64,000 nt of DNA from Endomicrobiales bacterium (GTDB lineage Bacteria > Elusimicrobiota > Endomicrobiia > Endomicrobiales > JALOBY01): contig CAWCNJ010000003.1 in NCBI GenBank assembly GCA_963796955.1, positions 32,001-96,000 of the forward strand, in the 5' to 3' direction. This document shows positions 1 through 13,500 of the stretch, one piece after another. The notes below the pieces were generated by a model, which was not told the origin of the DNA, searched no databases, and saw only the letters and a list, made by a program, of their open reading frames with translations. The stretch's first letter is position 1; each line of letters starts with the position of its first letter. Made by a program: the position numbers and the translations under genes.

Positions 1-74
1 CGGGGATCGAAGGAAATATGCGCGGGATGCTTATGTTCCCATTCCGTATGACCATCAAGGGATTCAGGAAAAAA

Positions 75-812
75 ATGTCCGTATTCATAGAGAGGAATAA
101 CTACATCGTCAAAACGATCGATGATGCCTTCGAGCTCGAACAGGCTCTTTCCCTGCGCTATAGGGTCTTTTACGGGGAAATGCTGGATAAGCGCAGGATC
201 GTTCCGTTGGATATGGACAAGCACGATATGCACTGCGACCATCTCGCGGTGATAGATAAACGCAGCAATGAAGTGGTAGGCACCTACCGGTTGAACCTGT
301 CATCATTCGGCAGACCGTTCTACTCGGCAGGAGAGTTCGAGATGGATAATATAATCCGCCTGCCCGGAAGAAAGCTTGAATTGGGACGCGCCTGTATCAG
401 TCGGGAACACAGGAACGGTGTTACCATCTCATTGTTGTGGCGCGGGATAAAGGCCTATATGGCGGCTGCCGGAGCGGATTGGGCGTTCGGCTGCTCCAGC
501 GTTAAAGCGGCGCGCTATGAGGATGTCAGGCCGCTGCATGACGCGCTGCTTCTGACCTATTACGCAGGTGATAAATACCGGGTCAGCCCGCGAAAGAAAT
601 ATACATTTAACGACATCACAGCCGATCGAGCCGGTAGCGTCGCGCCGGAGAGCACTGCTGCGGTACCATCTTTGCTAAACGCCTACCTGAAGGGCGGTGC
701 GCGCATAGCTGGGGATCCGGCCTTTGATAAAATGTTCAAATGCGCAGATTTTTTTACCCTGATCAGGACAAGGGATATGACCGGTGCAATGGGGAGGGAA
801 ACGGTATCATGA
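75..812 (+). CDS. GNAT N-acyltransferase, OlsB-like (ornithine/amino-lipid synthesis)
   Basis: LRYRVFY, D-x-x-D-x-x-CDHL, VVGTYRL, ELGRACI, PSLLNAYL motifs. ATG at 75 after AGGA is preferred to 18. Stop overlaps the next ATG (ATGA). Confidence 0.8.
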   Translation: MSVFIERNNYIVKTIDDAFELEQALSLRYRVFYGEMLDKRRIVPLDMDKHDMHCDHLAVIDKRSNEVVGTYRLNLSSFGRPFYSAGEFEMDNIIRLPGRKLELGRACISREHRNGVTISLLWRGIKAYMAAAGADWAFGCSSVKAARYEDVRPLHDALLLTYYAGDKYRVSPRKKYTFNDITADRAGSVAPESTAAVPSLLNAYLKGGARIAGDPAFDKMFKCADFFTLIRTRDMTGAMGRETVS

Positions 813-1579
813 AAACCATAATACGCTGTATTGCAACATTGTTCATTTTGTCTGAATTCACTATAGCGGCGGCGTTCGGCGTCTTTATAACGGACAAGAT
901 CGAAAAGCGGCGTTATGCCGCCCGGATAACGTCATGGTATGCCAGAAAATTACTGTCAGTGCTGCATATCCATGTGCGACTGGAGAACCGCAAACAATTT
1001 TATACCTTACCGTCCAGATGCCTGGTATATGCCAACCATCTGTCTTATCTGGATATCCTGGCGATAGCTGCCAGTATCCCCTGTATCTTTGTCACTTCGC
1101 TGGACGTCGGCGCCACCGGAATAATCGGTATCTTGTCTCGTATGGCAGGGGCGGTTTTTATCGAAAGACGCCGCGCACAGTCGCTGCGCAGGGAAGTCCC
1201 TATGTTGCAGGAATTGTTGAGCGAGGCGGGGCGGATCACCATATTTCCGGAAGGCACATCTTCCGACGGCAGCGGTGTTTTACCGTTCAAGGCCTCGTTC
1301 GCCCAGGCGGCGGTGAATGCCAGGGTGCCGCTCGTGCCGGTCCGGATATCATATTCGAAATATAACGGGTCCGCCCTTAAAAGGGACAATGCCGACCGCC
1401 TGTTGTGGTATGGCGACATGACCTTTGTTGATCATCTTTTGCACCTTTGTACCATCAAATCCGCGGTCATAAGCCTGCGGGTACTGGAAACCGTTTCTCC
1501 CGCCTCGGGTGTCGATCGTAAAACAATAACCGCCGAAGCGTACTCTAAAATAGCATCCGCATATACTCCAATAGTCTGA
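809..1579 (+). CDS. PlsC/OlsA-family lysophospholipid O-acyltransferase
   Basis: NHLSYLD (HX4D), FIER and FPEGT motifs. ATGA coupling at 809-812. Confidence 0.85.
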   Translation: MKTIIRCIATLFILSEFTIAAAFGVFITDKIEKRRYAARITSWYARKLLSVLHIHVRLENRKQFYTLPSRCLVYANHLSYLDILAIAASIPCIFVTSLDVGATGIIGILSRMAGAVFIERRRAQSLRREVPMLQELLSEAGRITIFPEGTSSDGSGVLPFKASFAQAAVNARVPLVPVRISYSKYNGSALKRDNADRLLWYGDMTFVDHLLHLCTIKSAVISLRVLETVSPASGVDRKTITAEAYSKIASAYTPIV

Positions 1580-1593
1580 AAATAGTCGCTACT

Positions 1594-4500
1594 ATGGCAT
1601 CCCTTAACCTGCAAAAATCCATCGCCGTCGTAACGCTCGGCGCCTATCTGTTCTCCTTTATCCTGTGCGAGCCGCTGAAAGCCGCCGGGATCTTATTCGA
1701 GAACTGCAGCATTTCCGCCCGGCTTACCAGGGCGCTGGGGAGCGAGCTGCTGCCTCAGGAGTTCGGTAAGATAACCGCTTCACGTCTTTTCGGGCGCGAT
1801 ACCCTGGTCGTCTGCATTCAGGACCTGCATTGTAACCCATACGTACAAAAAAATATCTATAATATCATCAGCCATTTTGCGCGGCGCTACGGCGTCTCGG
1901 CGATATTCTCCGAAGGCGCTCCCCAGGGCAGGGTCAATACCCGGCTTATGACCTCTGTGCCCGACGATGGTATCCGGGCCGATCTCTTAAGCGGGCTGTT
2001 GCGCAACGGCCTGATATCCGGCGCGGAATACTATGCGGTCTCACAGAACAAAGATATCTTATACGGACTTGAAGATTGGAACGTTTATTCGGAGAATCTT
2101 TCAAGGATACATTCCATTATAGAACGGCAGAGCAGGTACCGGGTCCAGGCGGAACAGGTGCACGGCTGGATCAGCGCTCTGAAAGAAAAGTACTTGTCCA
2201 GGCGGATCCGGGACTACGAAGACCGCGTAATAAGCAGCCGGGAAAACGGCGGACAGGCATTGTATAACGAGCTTGAGAAGCTGAGCGCCGAAAGCGGTCA
2301 GTCCCTGCGCGATTACCCTCACCTTGACAGATATCTGAGGCTGCGGCGGTGTAGAGCCGGCATAAACAGCGGCAAGATCGCTGAAGAACAGCGGTCATAT
2401 TTGAATGAATTGGCCCGCCAGGTGCCGTTCTCAGTATATCAAGAACTCACCGGTAAGACTGCCGACGGCAACGCATCCGGTGAATATTATTCCGCACTGG
2501 CGGAATTGTCAAGGCTCTATGCTCCGTCCATCCATTTGTCAGCGTATCCGAACCTGAGCAGATATCTGGAACAGGTGCGGCTGATGGATGCGATAAATCC
2601 GGTAGCGCTGCTCTACGAACAAAAAGACTTCCTGCGCAAAGCGCTTGAAAAGAACGCGAACACCCTCAGGGACCGCGAAATGTTGTTCCTCTCGGAAATG
2701 GATCCCTACCTCAAAGATTTCTATCTTCTTCATATAGACCCGCTGGATTATGAGTTCTTCAAAGCGCACTATCCGCAATTCAAGGCGGTAATGAAGAAGT
2801 ACGTTGCCGATCCCGGATTCGACGAGGTCTTTTCCGACCTCGGTTCCGGCGAGGCTGAGTTGTTCAAATTTTACGATGTGAACAAAGAGCGTAACAAGAT
2901 ATTCTTTAACGCGGTTAAAGCACAGGCGGGGATAGTAAATGCACCCGTGATCCCTGCGACACCGGAGCAGATGGCGGGCTGCGAAAACCTGGGCCGGTTC
3001 AAAAACATTTTTATCGTTGTGGTCGGCGGCTTTCACGGTGAGCTGGCCCAGTTGTTCAACAGCGCGGGGATCTCCAATATTACGGTAACTCCCTCAGTGG
3101 CGGACGGCGGCGGTTCAGGTGTGTATTTTGGCATGCTCGACGGCAGCCTTGATCCGGTGCGGTTTATAAATGCGTGTTTCGCACCGGTGTTGCTGGATGT
3201 CGGCATGCCGCGGGCTATGGTGGATATCGTGATCTGTAATTGGGCGAGAAAAGCGGAAGAAAAGCAGCTCTCAACAACAGAGATGCAGGATGATCTGAAC
3301 GGTTGGCTGCAAGCCAATAACCTGCCCGGTGATGTTTCTATAGCGGCTTCGAGCAGTCCGGGTATCCTCTATGTTTCTACCCGTGGAAAAAACTACACCG
3401 TTGATATCAAGGGTCTGACCGCAAAAAGATCCGCCAATCAGAGGATGAAAGAGCGGGTTTTCAGCAAATACGGGGGGGAAGAAGCCGTAAGAGCTTCGCT
3501 TCAGGCGCAGGGCGCCGATGTTGAGGCCTTGCTGGGCACCGGTACGGACTGGGGTTTGGTGTATGGAAAACTGGAGCAGTTAAATCAGGCGGGATACACG
3601 GAAAAAACCTATGGTGAAGAAGTTGAATCGATCAACCTCGGAGAACTCTGGCGTTCAATAAAAAGCGGTCTTATCAAAGAAAATAAATTAAATGTACGTT
3701 CATCCGCCGCGGTTGTGTTCTATATGGCGTCCGGCCGGTTCGCTCTGCATTTGTTCAGGAGTTTCTATATTCGCCATCCGGGCAGCGCCCTGCGCTATCA
3801 CTGGCGCGGCAGGAACAAAGAGGTTTACATTCCAGCGCAGCTGATCTCCAGAGCGGTTGTTGACCAGCTGCGCGACCAGCAGCGCCTGAAAGCGGGCATG
3901 GCGGGAAAACTTCGTATCTTCATACGGCGCTTTTTCGTCGTCGTGCGCCCCTTCCTTGAGATAACACTGATCTCGGCGCACCTCAGGTTCCTTAAAGAAC
4001 GCTCCTCTCTTTTCTTTGTCACGACCATTATTACCGGCAGTATTCTTTCGCTGGTTGCCGCCAACCCGCTGGTTTGGCTGCCGCTACTGGCGGTGGTGTA
4101 TGTTTACGCGGTGGTAAAATGGGCGCCGGAAAAAGGCGAAAAGAACGGTCTGCTGAGCGCCCGGGGATGGCACCTGGTAAGGATGACGGCTATACCCGCC
4201 GTTTTGCTCGGACTTTTTCTCATTTCGCTGTGCGCCGGGACTCCGTTTCTGGGTATGAATCTGCTCGGGCTGCTGCCGAAAGCCGCGGCACAGATGCAAT
4301 CAGCGGTCATTCTCGGAACGCTCTATAAAGGATTTGCGGTCCAGGCGATACTCAGCCCGCTGATCACGGTTTTTGTAAGAAGCTTCGTACGAGCGACCCG
4401 TGAGGCCACGTATCGCGCCCTGGGCAGCAGGTCGTTCAATTTACGGTTGGAGAGCTATTATCGCGAGACGGTCGGGAAAGATGGAAAGATCGTTTCCACA

Positions 4501-7500
4501 AATTATATTCCTGCCTCGGCGGTCAGCAACGGAGATATCGGCAATAAGAAGCTGGTCAAGGTGCGCGGCTTTGTCGGTATAGATCAAAAATTCGTTCCAT
4601 GGGTATGGGACGGCGCCACGATGATAGCGTATCTGGAGGCGCAGAAGTCGAGGGGGGCCATTTCTCCAGAAGTACAAAGCGTTATCGCCTCTATTCTGGC
4701 GCACGACGGAAAAAAATGGTTCGGGTACCACCGGCTGCTTCGCGCGAACGCTGTCCAAAGAGAGCAGATCAGCCTCCTAGCGGGGGATGCAATAACAACC
4801 CTGCCGCAAAACATATCCGACACCGAGATAGACCTGACGATCAAAGAGGCACGGCTGGCCGCGCGAAGGGATGTTTTCGGCAACGCGTATTTCTGGAAGA
4901 GGCTTCCCTCGGCGTGGTTCAGTATGTGGTTCGTTAATACCGAAATAGCGGTCGTCTTAAAACAGTTGAAACTCTTCGACTGGATCATTTCAAAATGTGT
5001 CTCGATCTTCCATAAGAACACCATACATTTTATAGAGCAGCTCGGGCAGCTGGTAGAAGGCGCGAACAGCGAACATCCGGTCGCGGCGGAAGGCCTGCGT
5101 CTGTACGGGCCCGACGACCTGCTTGGCAAATTCGCCGGCTCCGGCGGTTTGCTCGGCTCTTTTGCGAACCTGGTGACATTCATCAACGGTACGATCAACC
5201 GCATTCCGCACGTCGGCGGTGTTTTTTCAGCGTTGAGTGACGTGCCCGCGCTGATAAGCGCCCTGCTGGGAGTGCGCGGAGCGGCCCAACCTGCGCTTGG
5301 GAAAGATGGTGCAACGCAGTTGGGCGCTGAAGCGTTGCCGCTGCATACCGTACAGAAAGCTGTTGAACCGAATAAATTCGGACAAGAACCAGGAATACCT
5401 GCTGCGATCGATAAAAAATTCCTTCCAGGCGGCAGGGGACCGGTGGTACCGCGAACAAGCGCCGAACCGCCGCAGACGGGGCACGCGGCTGTGATGCCAT
5501 CGGACGATACCGGCATGCCGGAGGTAACCGTTCCTCAGAAAAATGAAGGAGCCACCCTGCCCGCGGCTCCGGCCGGCGAATACAGGTTGGACCGTTATGG
5601 CGCATTTGTGACACCGGAATTCGCTGCCTACGCCAATATCGATATGATCAGGCAAAACAGCACGCTGCATTTGCACTACAATGACAGCCCGGCAAGCGGC
5701 CGGAGCGCACTTAACTTAAACGCGCAATATGACCCTGCTTCGAACAGGCGGTTCATACCGTCGGTTTCCGTTGACCGCCTGACGCAGCCGTATAGTGAAT
5801 TTCCGACAGCGGAAATGACGATGAGCGAAGGATCTTACACTTCCTACAAGCTCAGTAGCCGGGGCAGCCTGCTTAACGATAAACTCCTCTACAGCGCCGA
5901 CCTGTTCACATCCGACAAAGATAAGTATCCCTCTGCCGGTGAAACGGTTGCGACCACGAAAAATAAGTTCCTGCCTAAAGTCGCGCTCAGGTATAGTGAC
6001 CCGGAGTCCGGCGCCGATGTGAACGCCGCCGCCTACAATCTTCTCGATACCGGCAAAAAGATCTCAGTTTCAGGCAGCCGGTCTATCCCGGTCTCCAGCA
6101 ACCTTACTCTGGCCCCCTGGGCCGATCTTTCCTATTATCCGGACAGAAAGAATACCGCGAAAGACCGGTACACGGGCAATTATGGCCTTGTCTCGCGGCT
6201 TTCGGATGTTTCCGCAAGCGCGGCAGTTAAGACCACGCAGAATAGAACGGCGCTTGCTGCCGACGATATCCGCTATTATAAGATCTTCCGGGAGGGCTGG
6301 GGAACCGTAAGCGCCGGCGCCAGGAACATCGCCGCATCGCTGCTTGAGCCCCGCAATGCGGCCGCGCCGCGCGAGTTTTACGCCGATATACGGAACAGCA
6401 AACTCGCCGGCCTGAGTGTCGGTAAAGGTGATGTAAATTTTTCTTATTCTGACACGCCGCAACGGCTTAAGCTGGATTACGCGCTGTATATGCCCGCGGT
6501 TTCAGAAACCTTAAAAGTGGTGAACCTGGGTGCGGATATCAGCAGGAATGCTGCAGCCGACAGTACCGTGTGGGCCGGCGCCGCCTGGAATAATTTTGGG
6601 TTCAGGTATAAACAAAGCCTTGGAACTTTTACTAAACCCGGTAAACTTTCCGCCGCGGGTGAAGTTTTTGTGCTTCCAGGCAAAAATCTTGCCGTCTCAG
6701 CCGGTGCCATGGTGAAGGACGGGGCAGGCGCGCGCCTCACCTCCGGCATCGAGATCAACCGATCTACCCAAAAGATGGATTATTCCGTTATACTGAACGC
6801 GAGTGCCGGCAGCAGCGCCGGTTCACGGCCCGATATGTCCGCTGCATTAGGTTTTGTCCTGCGTTTTGGGAGCGAAAGGCCGCATTCCTCCGGCGGCGCC
6901 GCACCGGTGTGGAACAGCACGCGGGATCAGGCCCGGGAGATGGTCAAGAGCGTTGACAGGACATTGAACAACCTGTATAAGACCGCGGACAAAAATGTCG
7001 AAAGAACGATCGAAAGCGACAATGATTTTATCGCCGCCTACGGGGACATACGGGAAGCGGCCGGCGCTCAAAAGAGCACTTTGGAAAATATCATAGCCAA
7101 GGCTTCGAACAGTGTCGGCAAAGACTACTTGACGGCGCGGGAATACCTGGATACCCTGCACAAGGCGCTGTTGTTGAGCCGCGACACCCTTATGGGCGAT
7201 CTGCTCGGCCTGCCGCCCGATTTTAAATTCGGCGACCCGCGGCCTCATTTTCAGAAATACGAAGGCATTCTGCTGGCTCTTGCCGGATCTATAAACACAG
7301 GATCGGGATATTTTAACTCACTTGAAGCCCAGGGCAGAATGAAGGTGAAGAAAAATACGGTCAGCGAGAAAGAGTATGCCGAGGATATCATAGAGGCCGC
7401 GAACGCGGTTGCCGACACGGTGCGCCGCGAGGAGATATTATCGTTATTGAAGCGCTTTATTAAAAATAAAGCAGGCTGGGAACATGAATTCCAGAACCTT

Positions 7501-10500
7501 GATGAAGCCTCCCAGGCAAAGAATGAAGAAGCCGGTATTAAGCCGAAGGTTGAGAAGGAGCGGGGCCGCCTGTTCGGTCCGGCGGATATCGACAAAAAAG
7601 AAACAGCCGCGTATGGTCAGCTGGCGGCCGATGCCCACCGGGACGCCGACATCAAAGAGCTGCTGGCCGCTAAAACAGAGATCAAAAAAATATTTGAAGA
7701 AAACCCGAAGTTACGCGGCGAACTTGTGCCGCCGGCACAGGGCAGCGAAATGTTCAAGAGCATGTTCGCCCAGTTCGTGGAACAAAAGCGTTTCAGCGAA
7801 CAGAGCGCTGTCGAGGTTGAGCGGGCGCAGCTGATACAGGAATTCAACAACACATACCCGGAATGGAAGCTGGCGTATTATGCACGGCAGCTGGTAACAC
7901 GCTACCATCTGGCCGTAAAAGACGACGGCGGAGCGGATACCACCGCCGTCTGGGACCGCACGCTGAAGTCCGTCAAAGACGAATTGGATCTCGGCAGGGC
8001 GGTTATGGTTTTCAAATACCGCGTGAGCGACAAGCTCGGCGGCGCGCTCAGGACTTTCGGCGAGTGCCTGGGTGTGCAGAGAGCGGTCTTCGAAGTTGAG
8101 GCGGTGCGCGACGTTAAAGGCAGGGTAACCGAGCTTACCGCATTCTCGGATCAGGGCCGGGCATTGTTCAAGATAATGAACGACCAGACGACGCCTTCCC
8201 TGGAATTGTTTGATTACCGGCTTGCGGCGGCGGACGGCGGCGCAGGCGCGTACCGCTCACGATCGTATGAATTCAGGATCGATGACGGCGCGCTCGGCGA
8301 GGCGCTCCTTGGGCAGCCGGCGGCCCTGGCGCGCGACTCCATAGGACTTTTGCTCGGAGAAAAAGTGTACGCGGTAGAGCGCAGGGGCGATTCCTGGCTG
8401 CGGCCCATCGATGTACGCGGTGTGAAGTTCCTGCCGGGACACAGACCTGTGCGTTTTGGAGAGGAATACCGTCGGGATGAGCGTGATAAGGGCTTCGAAG
8501 AAGAATTCGTAAGGAACGAGAATCCGGACGGAACGTACACGAAGCATTTTACGAAAGCCGGTTTGACCGATCGTGATGAGACCTGCCGGTGGACACTGGA
8601 GAGCGAAATGCCCGTCAGAACGGTGTTCGCTTCTTCCGAGTACGGCCTTCCCCTGGAAGAAGTGTTCGAGGGCCGCAACAATATGAAGAGCCGTGTGTAC
8701 CTGCGCGATACAGAGACCGGCGTCCGCAAAGACGCGGTTTATGAGAACACCTATGCCTACGATTCAAGGAATTACGCCAGGTTCCTGAAAACGAAGCTCA
8801 ACAAGGTCACCGGTGTCCGTGAGGAATGGAAGGAAACCGGCGATGCCTCTGTGGTCGTGTTCGAAGGCAGGGTCACGACCGCGAAGGGCTTGGTGCTCAG
8901 CACAAAACGGACCACGCAAAAACGAAACAGTCCGGCGCGTATCGAGACCAGCCGGGACATGAACGGGTTACGAGATGTTACGATAGTTAATACGCTCACC
9001 GGCCGCGAGAAGATCGACCGCTATGATGTGCAGGGAAACAGTATCTACACCGAAACCTCAAGCGCGGGTGAGAATGCGTATGTCCGCGCCTTCACGCGGA
9101 CGTACGCCGATAAACAGCCGGCGGAAAGCGGCTTCCTCAATCTGCGCACGAGGGAAGCGAGCCGGGCGTCACAGGGCTCAAAACATGCGCCGATCGTAAA
9201 GATTTCGCTGGGGAAGGTCGATGCAGATACCATGCGACAGCGCTCTGTCCGCGAAGATGCGCTGGAAGGCACGGTCACGGTCGCCAGCATGAACGTCCTT
9301 ACCGGCGCCGAAAGCTCTGTGACCTATCCGGCCTCTGACAAAACAAGGACCAAACCGCTATACCGCTCCGATACAACGGCGCTGGACTACGACACGATGA
9401 AAAAAACAACCACGACCGTTAAACACGGCCCGGACGGCGGGATCGAGTGGAAAAAAACAGCTGAAACCAGCCTTGCGGGCAGCGCGTTGATAAATCTTGG
9501 CGGACACGTTGGTAAAAGCGTCCACACGGTGGAAACAAAGCGCGACGGCGACGGCAGAGTACTGGAGATCAACGCCGTTTCCGACAAAGGGTTGAAGTTG
9601 TTCTCGATCGTCAACAACGATGTCTTACCGGTGATAGAACTGTTCGATCATACCAATACCGCGGGCGGGGAAACCGCGCATTCGGTGATCTACGAGTTCA
9701 GGGATCCGGCTTTGGCTCAGGGCTCGGTTGAAGGGATCACCTATCGCTCTATCGGGAAAATGACCGGGAAGAAGTCGTACCGTATGGAAAGCCTCAACGG
9801 CGCGATGAAGCTGATCGATGCGGGAGGGATCATATTTCTTCCCGGCCACCGGGCTATAGCATACGGTGAGCCGTACCGGCAGTCCGGTAACGACAGGAAT
9901 TTTGAGGAGACCTTCACACGTAAGGAAAATGCTGACGGAACATCGACCAAAACCTATTTTAAGGCCGGCCTTCTCGACAGAACTGAGGTCAGCCTGTGGC
10001 GGCAGGACGACGGGCTGCCGCTGCGGACGATCTATACTGCGACCGAGCTCGGGGTGCCGCTGGTAGAGCTCTTTGAAGGCATGGATGGTCTGACGAGCAA
10101 AACATATTTGTTCGACGAAAAAACGGGACGCAGGGCCGAAGATCCGGTGTACGAAAACACCTACACGTGGGACTTGAGAACCCATCGGCGCATACTGGAG
10201 AAAAGAGCTCATCTGGTCACCGGACTGCGCGAAGAATGGCGGGATGTCAGTCCTGACACAGCCCATATCGTTTTTGAGAACACCACAACCACGGCTGAAG
10301 GGAAGCTGGTAACGAAAAGATCCGCCGCACAGTTGCTGCACAGTTATGACCGCACAGAAACAAAAGAAGAGCCGAACGGGACAAAGGAGGTAACGGTCCT
10401 TAACACCCTGACCGGCGAAAGGAAAACCGATAAATACGATTTTAAGGGCCGTCCATTTTACACCGAGATCGAACGGTGCGGCGCGAACGCCTCTATGCGT

Positions 10501-13500
10501 TCATTCGTGAGGACCTACGCCGATAAAAGGCCGACGGAAATAGGCTGGCTTAACCTGCGAAGCAGGGAATCGGGGCTGACGGTCTTCGATCATCTGGGCA
10601 AACCGTCGCTGGAAACGAGGGTTGGCCCGGTAAACAGTCTTTCTATGAAACAACCATACACGCGAAAAGATACAGGAGAACGTATCAATACCATCGGCGA
10701 GACCGAACTGCTGACAGGGGCTGAAACCTCCAGATCATTTTCCGCAGATGATGTTAAAATGAAACTGCCGCTGTATGCACAAACTGTATCGGCGCTGGAT
10801 TACGCGACGATGATGAGGACCAGTAAAAAGATCAAGTACCGCGAGGATGATGAAGGCAGACTGCTGGGGCTTGCGGAGTGGAGCGAGGATGGTTTGATCA
10901 ACACCCTCTACGGCGCCGGTAATTTCACCAAGCGGTTGGCCGATGGCAGGGTCATGTCCGAGGTGGTGGGGCTCGATGAACACGACAGGCCCCTGACCGA
11001 TGCGTCCGGGAACTATTACAGTAAGAGCGATGATAAACTATTGCGGCAAATGGAGACAACGACGTATAACAGCGACTTTTCGCCCAGAGAAAGCGTTAAG
11101 ACGACCTACCCTGGAAAATTCATTGAGAAAATGAAGTTCAATGTGCGCGCTCCGAATGGTTCCCTGGAGAATCGCACGGAGTCGGTGACGGGGGACGAGG
11201 TTGTAGAACAACTGGACCGGTTTTCCGGTTCTACCCGGGTAAAAGAGGTGTATTTCAACGGACAGCGGACTTCAAGAACCGAATACGGCTTCAAGATCGA
11301 TACGCACGGCAAACGATATTTTTCCGCGTTCAAGGTAAACGACCTGCTGGACACTGAACAGGAAGATTCCTCCGGATCACATCGTGCCGGTTACATTCGC
11401 CGGAGCACAACCCGGAATAAAGGCACTAAAGAAGTTATATCTGTCGTCAATTCGAACGACGGCCTGTCTTCCACCGGGTATAACTACGATACGAAGGAAC
11501 CCGCCGTTATGCAGGCGCTTTACGTTAACGGGCCGGTCGTATCCCGGATCGTTTACGCACCCGCTTCACGCCTCACGGATCATGTGGGTGAAACGGTAAG
11601 CAACGAGATCTACTGGATAAATGACGACGGCAGTGTAACCGTTACTGTGGAATTGCTCAAGTCCAGGACGAGCCTTACCAGCCGGTATGATTATTACGGC
11701 GGTGTGTTGCGGGAATCAATGGAGGAAGGACGCGACGGTTTCGCGCTCTATAAGAAGATCCGGCAAAACGTCTCGGGCACTGAATATCTGACAGAGCGCT
11801 ACAACGGAGTTATGGAAAACTCTACCCTGGAGCACCCGGGCGGGGCCGTCGTAAAGGTTTCTGCCAGGGACAAAGACGGCACCGCCATTTTCACCATGGC
11901 AAACAGCGGCGGAATAGATACGTATAATTATGCTAACGGCGACGTTACCAGGCAGACACTGAAATACCGGGGCGGCCCGATGGTTAAAACTGCGACAGTA
12001 ACCCCATCCGGCAGGGAACGGAGCAGGGGGGTGGTGGAATATAATGAAAATGGTAATCGCTGGGAGCTGCGTCTGGAATATCCGGGATCTAGAAGCAAAC
12101 ACTTTGAAGTTAAAGAGATGGCACGGCGTGATGGGCCTGTTACAAACGATACGGTCCTATCCTCCGACAAAACCGTTGTCCTCACCACCGCATATGCCTT
12201 TAACGGATCCGACGGGAAAATCCATCGGATATCGCATTACTACGGTGACCAGGTAGCCGGCAACGAAATAAAAACGGAAGACTATGAGCTTTTGTTCATG
12301 AACGGCCAGCCGGCCCAGGGTGTCGGGGCGGCCACGATCACCGAATACCGTTATTCGCCCGGCGATGGAGCGGTCCCGCCAAGGAATGATGCGGTAACCT
12401 ATTCAGTCGATATTTCTTATCCGGCAAATAACTATACCGTAAGGGAAGAATCGGTTTTCAGGCTAGAGGGCGGCAGACGTATGCCCGATCGCGACAGTGT
12501 GCGGAAAATGAGACTTATCGCCGGAGAATGGAGGCCGGTATACACCGAAGGAAGATATATGAATTGGCTGCTGCCGTCTTACGGCACGCTGGTCTCTTCA
12601 TACGAATATGATGAAACAGGCAGCGGGCTTTTACGGGAAACCTCCAGCGACTTTGTCGATCCTTCCCATGCGCCGTTCACCCTGAGGAACAAAAACGAAA
12701 AATTAGCTGCGTTCTCTTCACTGAACAGTGACGTGCCTGAGCAAAAGAAAATACTAGAAGACGTGGACAGAGTTCTGGCGGAAATAGCCGGGTTGACAGA
12801 TAAGGGGAACGGCAACACCGCGGCGACCCGTGTGAGGATACCGCGGGACGATCTGTTCATAGGTCTGGTCTACGAGTCTTCATTGGATAAAGACGGCCGT
12901 GCGGTTCCCGGAAAATACCTTGGCATGAATCTGTATCTTAACGACGCTTCCGACATGCGCCTGGTCGCGTCCGAAGAAAAGAACGTGGTCACTACCGAAC
13001 GCCGGATAAACGTTGTCTATGAGCTGGATGACGGCAAAAAAGCGGTGCATGGCTATACCAGAGGTACTTCAGGTCTTATCGGCTCTGTTAATATCGGCCT
13101 GGATTATCCGGTCTACTTCAAGCTTGAAGGCCCGTCAAAAAACGAGCTCGTGAGACTTAACAGGGCCCCATTGTACCAAGGCAAGGATGAGGTAAAAGGT
13201 AACGAAGTGGAAGAACTCTACCCGCTGGGCTCACAGGGATTGTCCCTGTTCAAGGCCTATGATCCGGTAATGGGAAATATATATGAAACGAAAGATATAG
13301 CAACGACTGCCTCGGGCGCGTTCACCTACAAGAAAGGGCCGCTTAAAACCACGATGATCTATCGTTCTGCCAGAGAAGGAAAGGCCGTTCTGCCGCACTA
13401 CTACATAGAACCGGTCAGTTCGCTCATGAAGATCCTGCTGATCCTCGCAACGGCTTTTTATTTCCCGTACCGGTTTATAAAAAATTTGCGTAACCACAAG

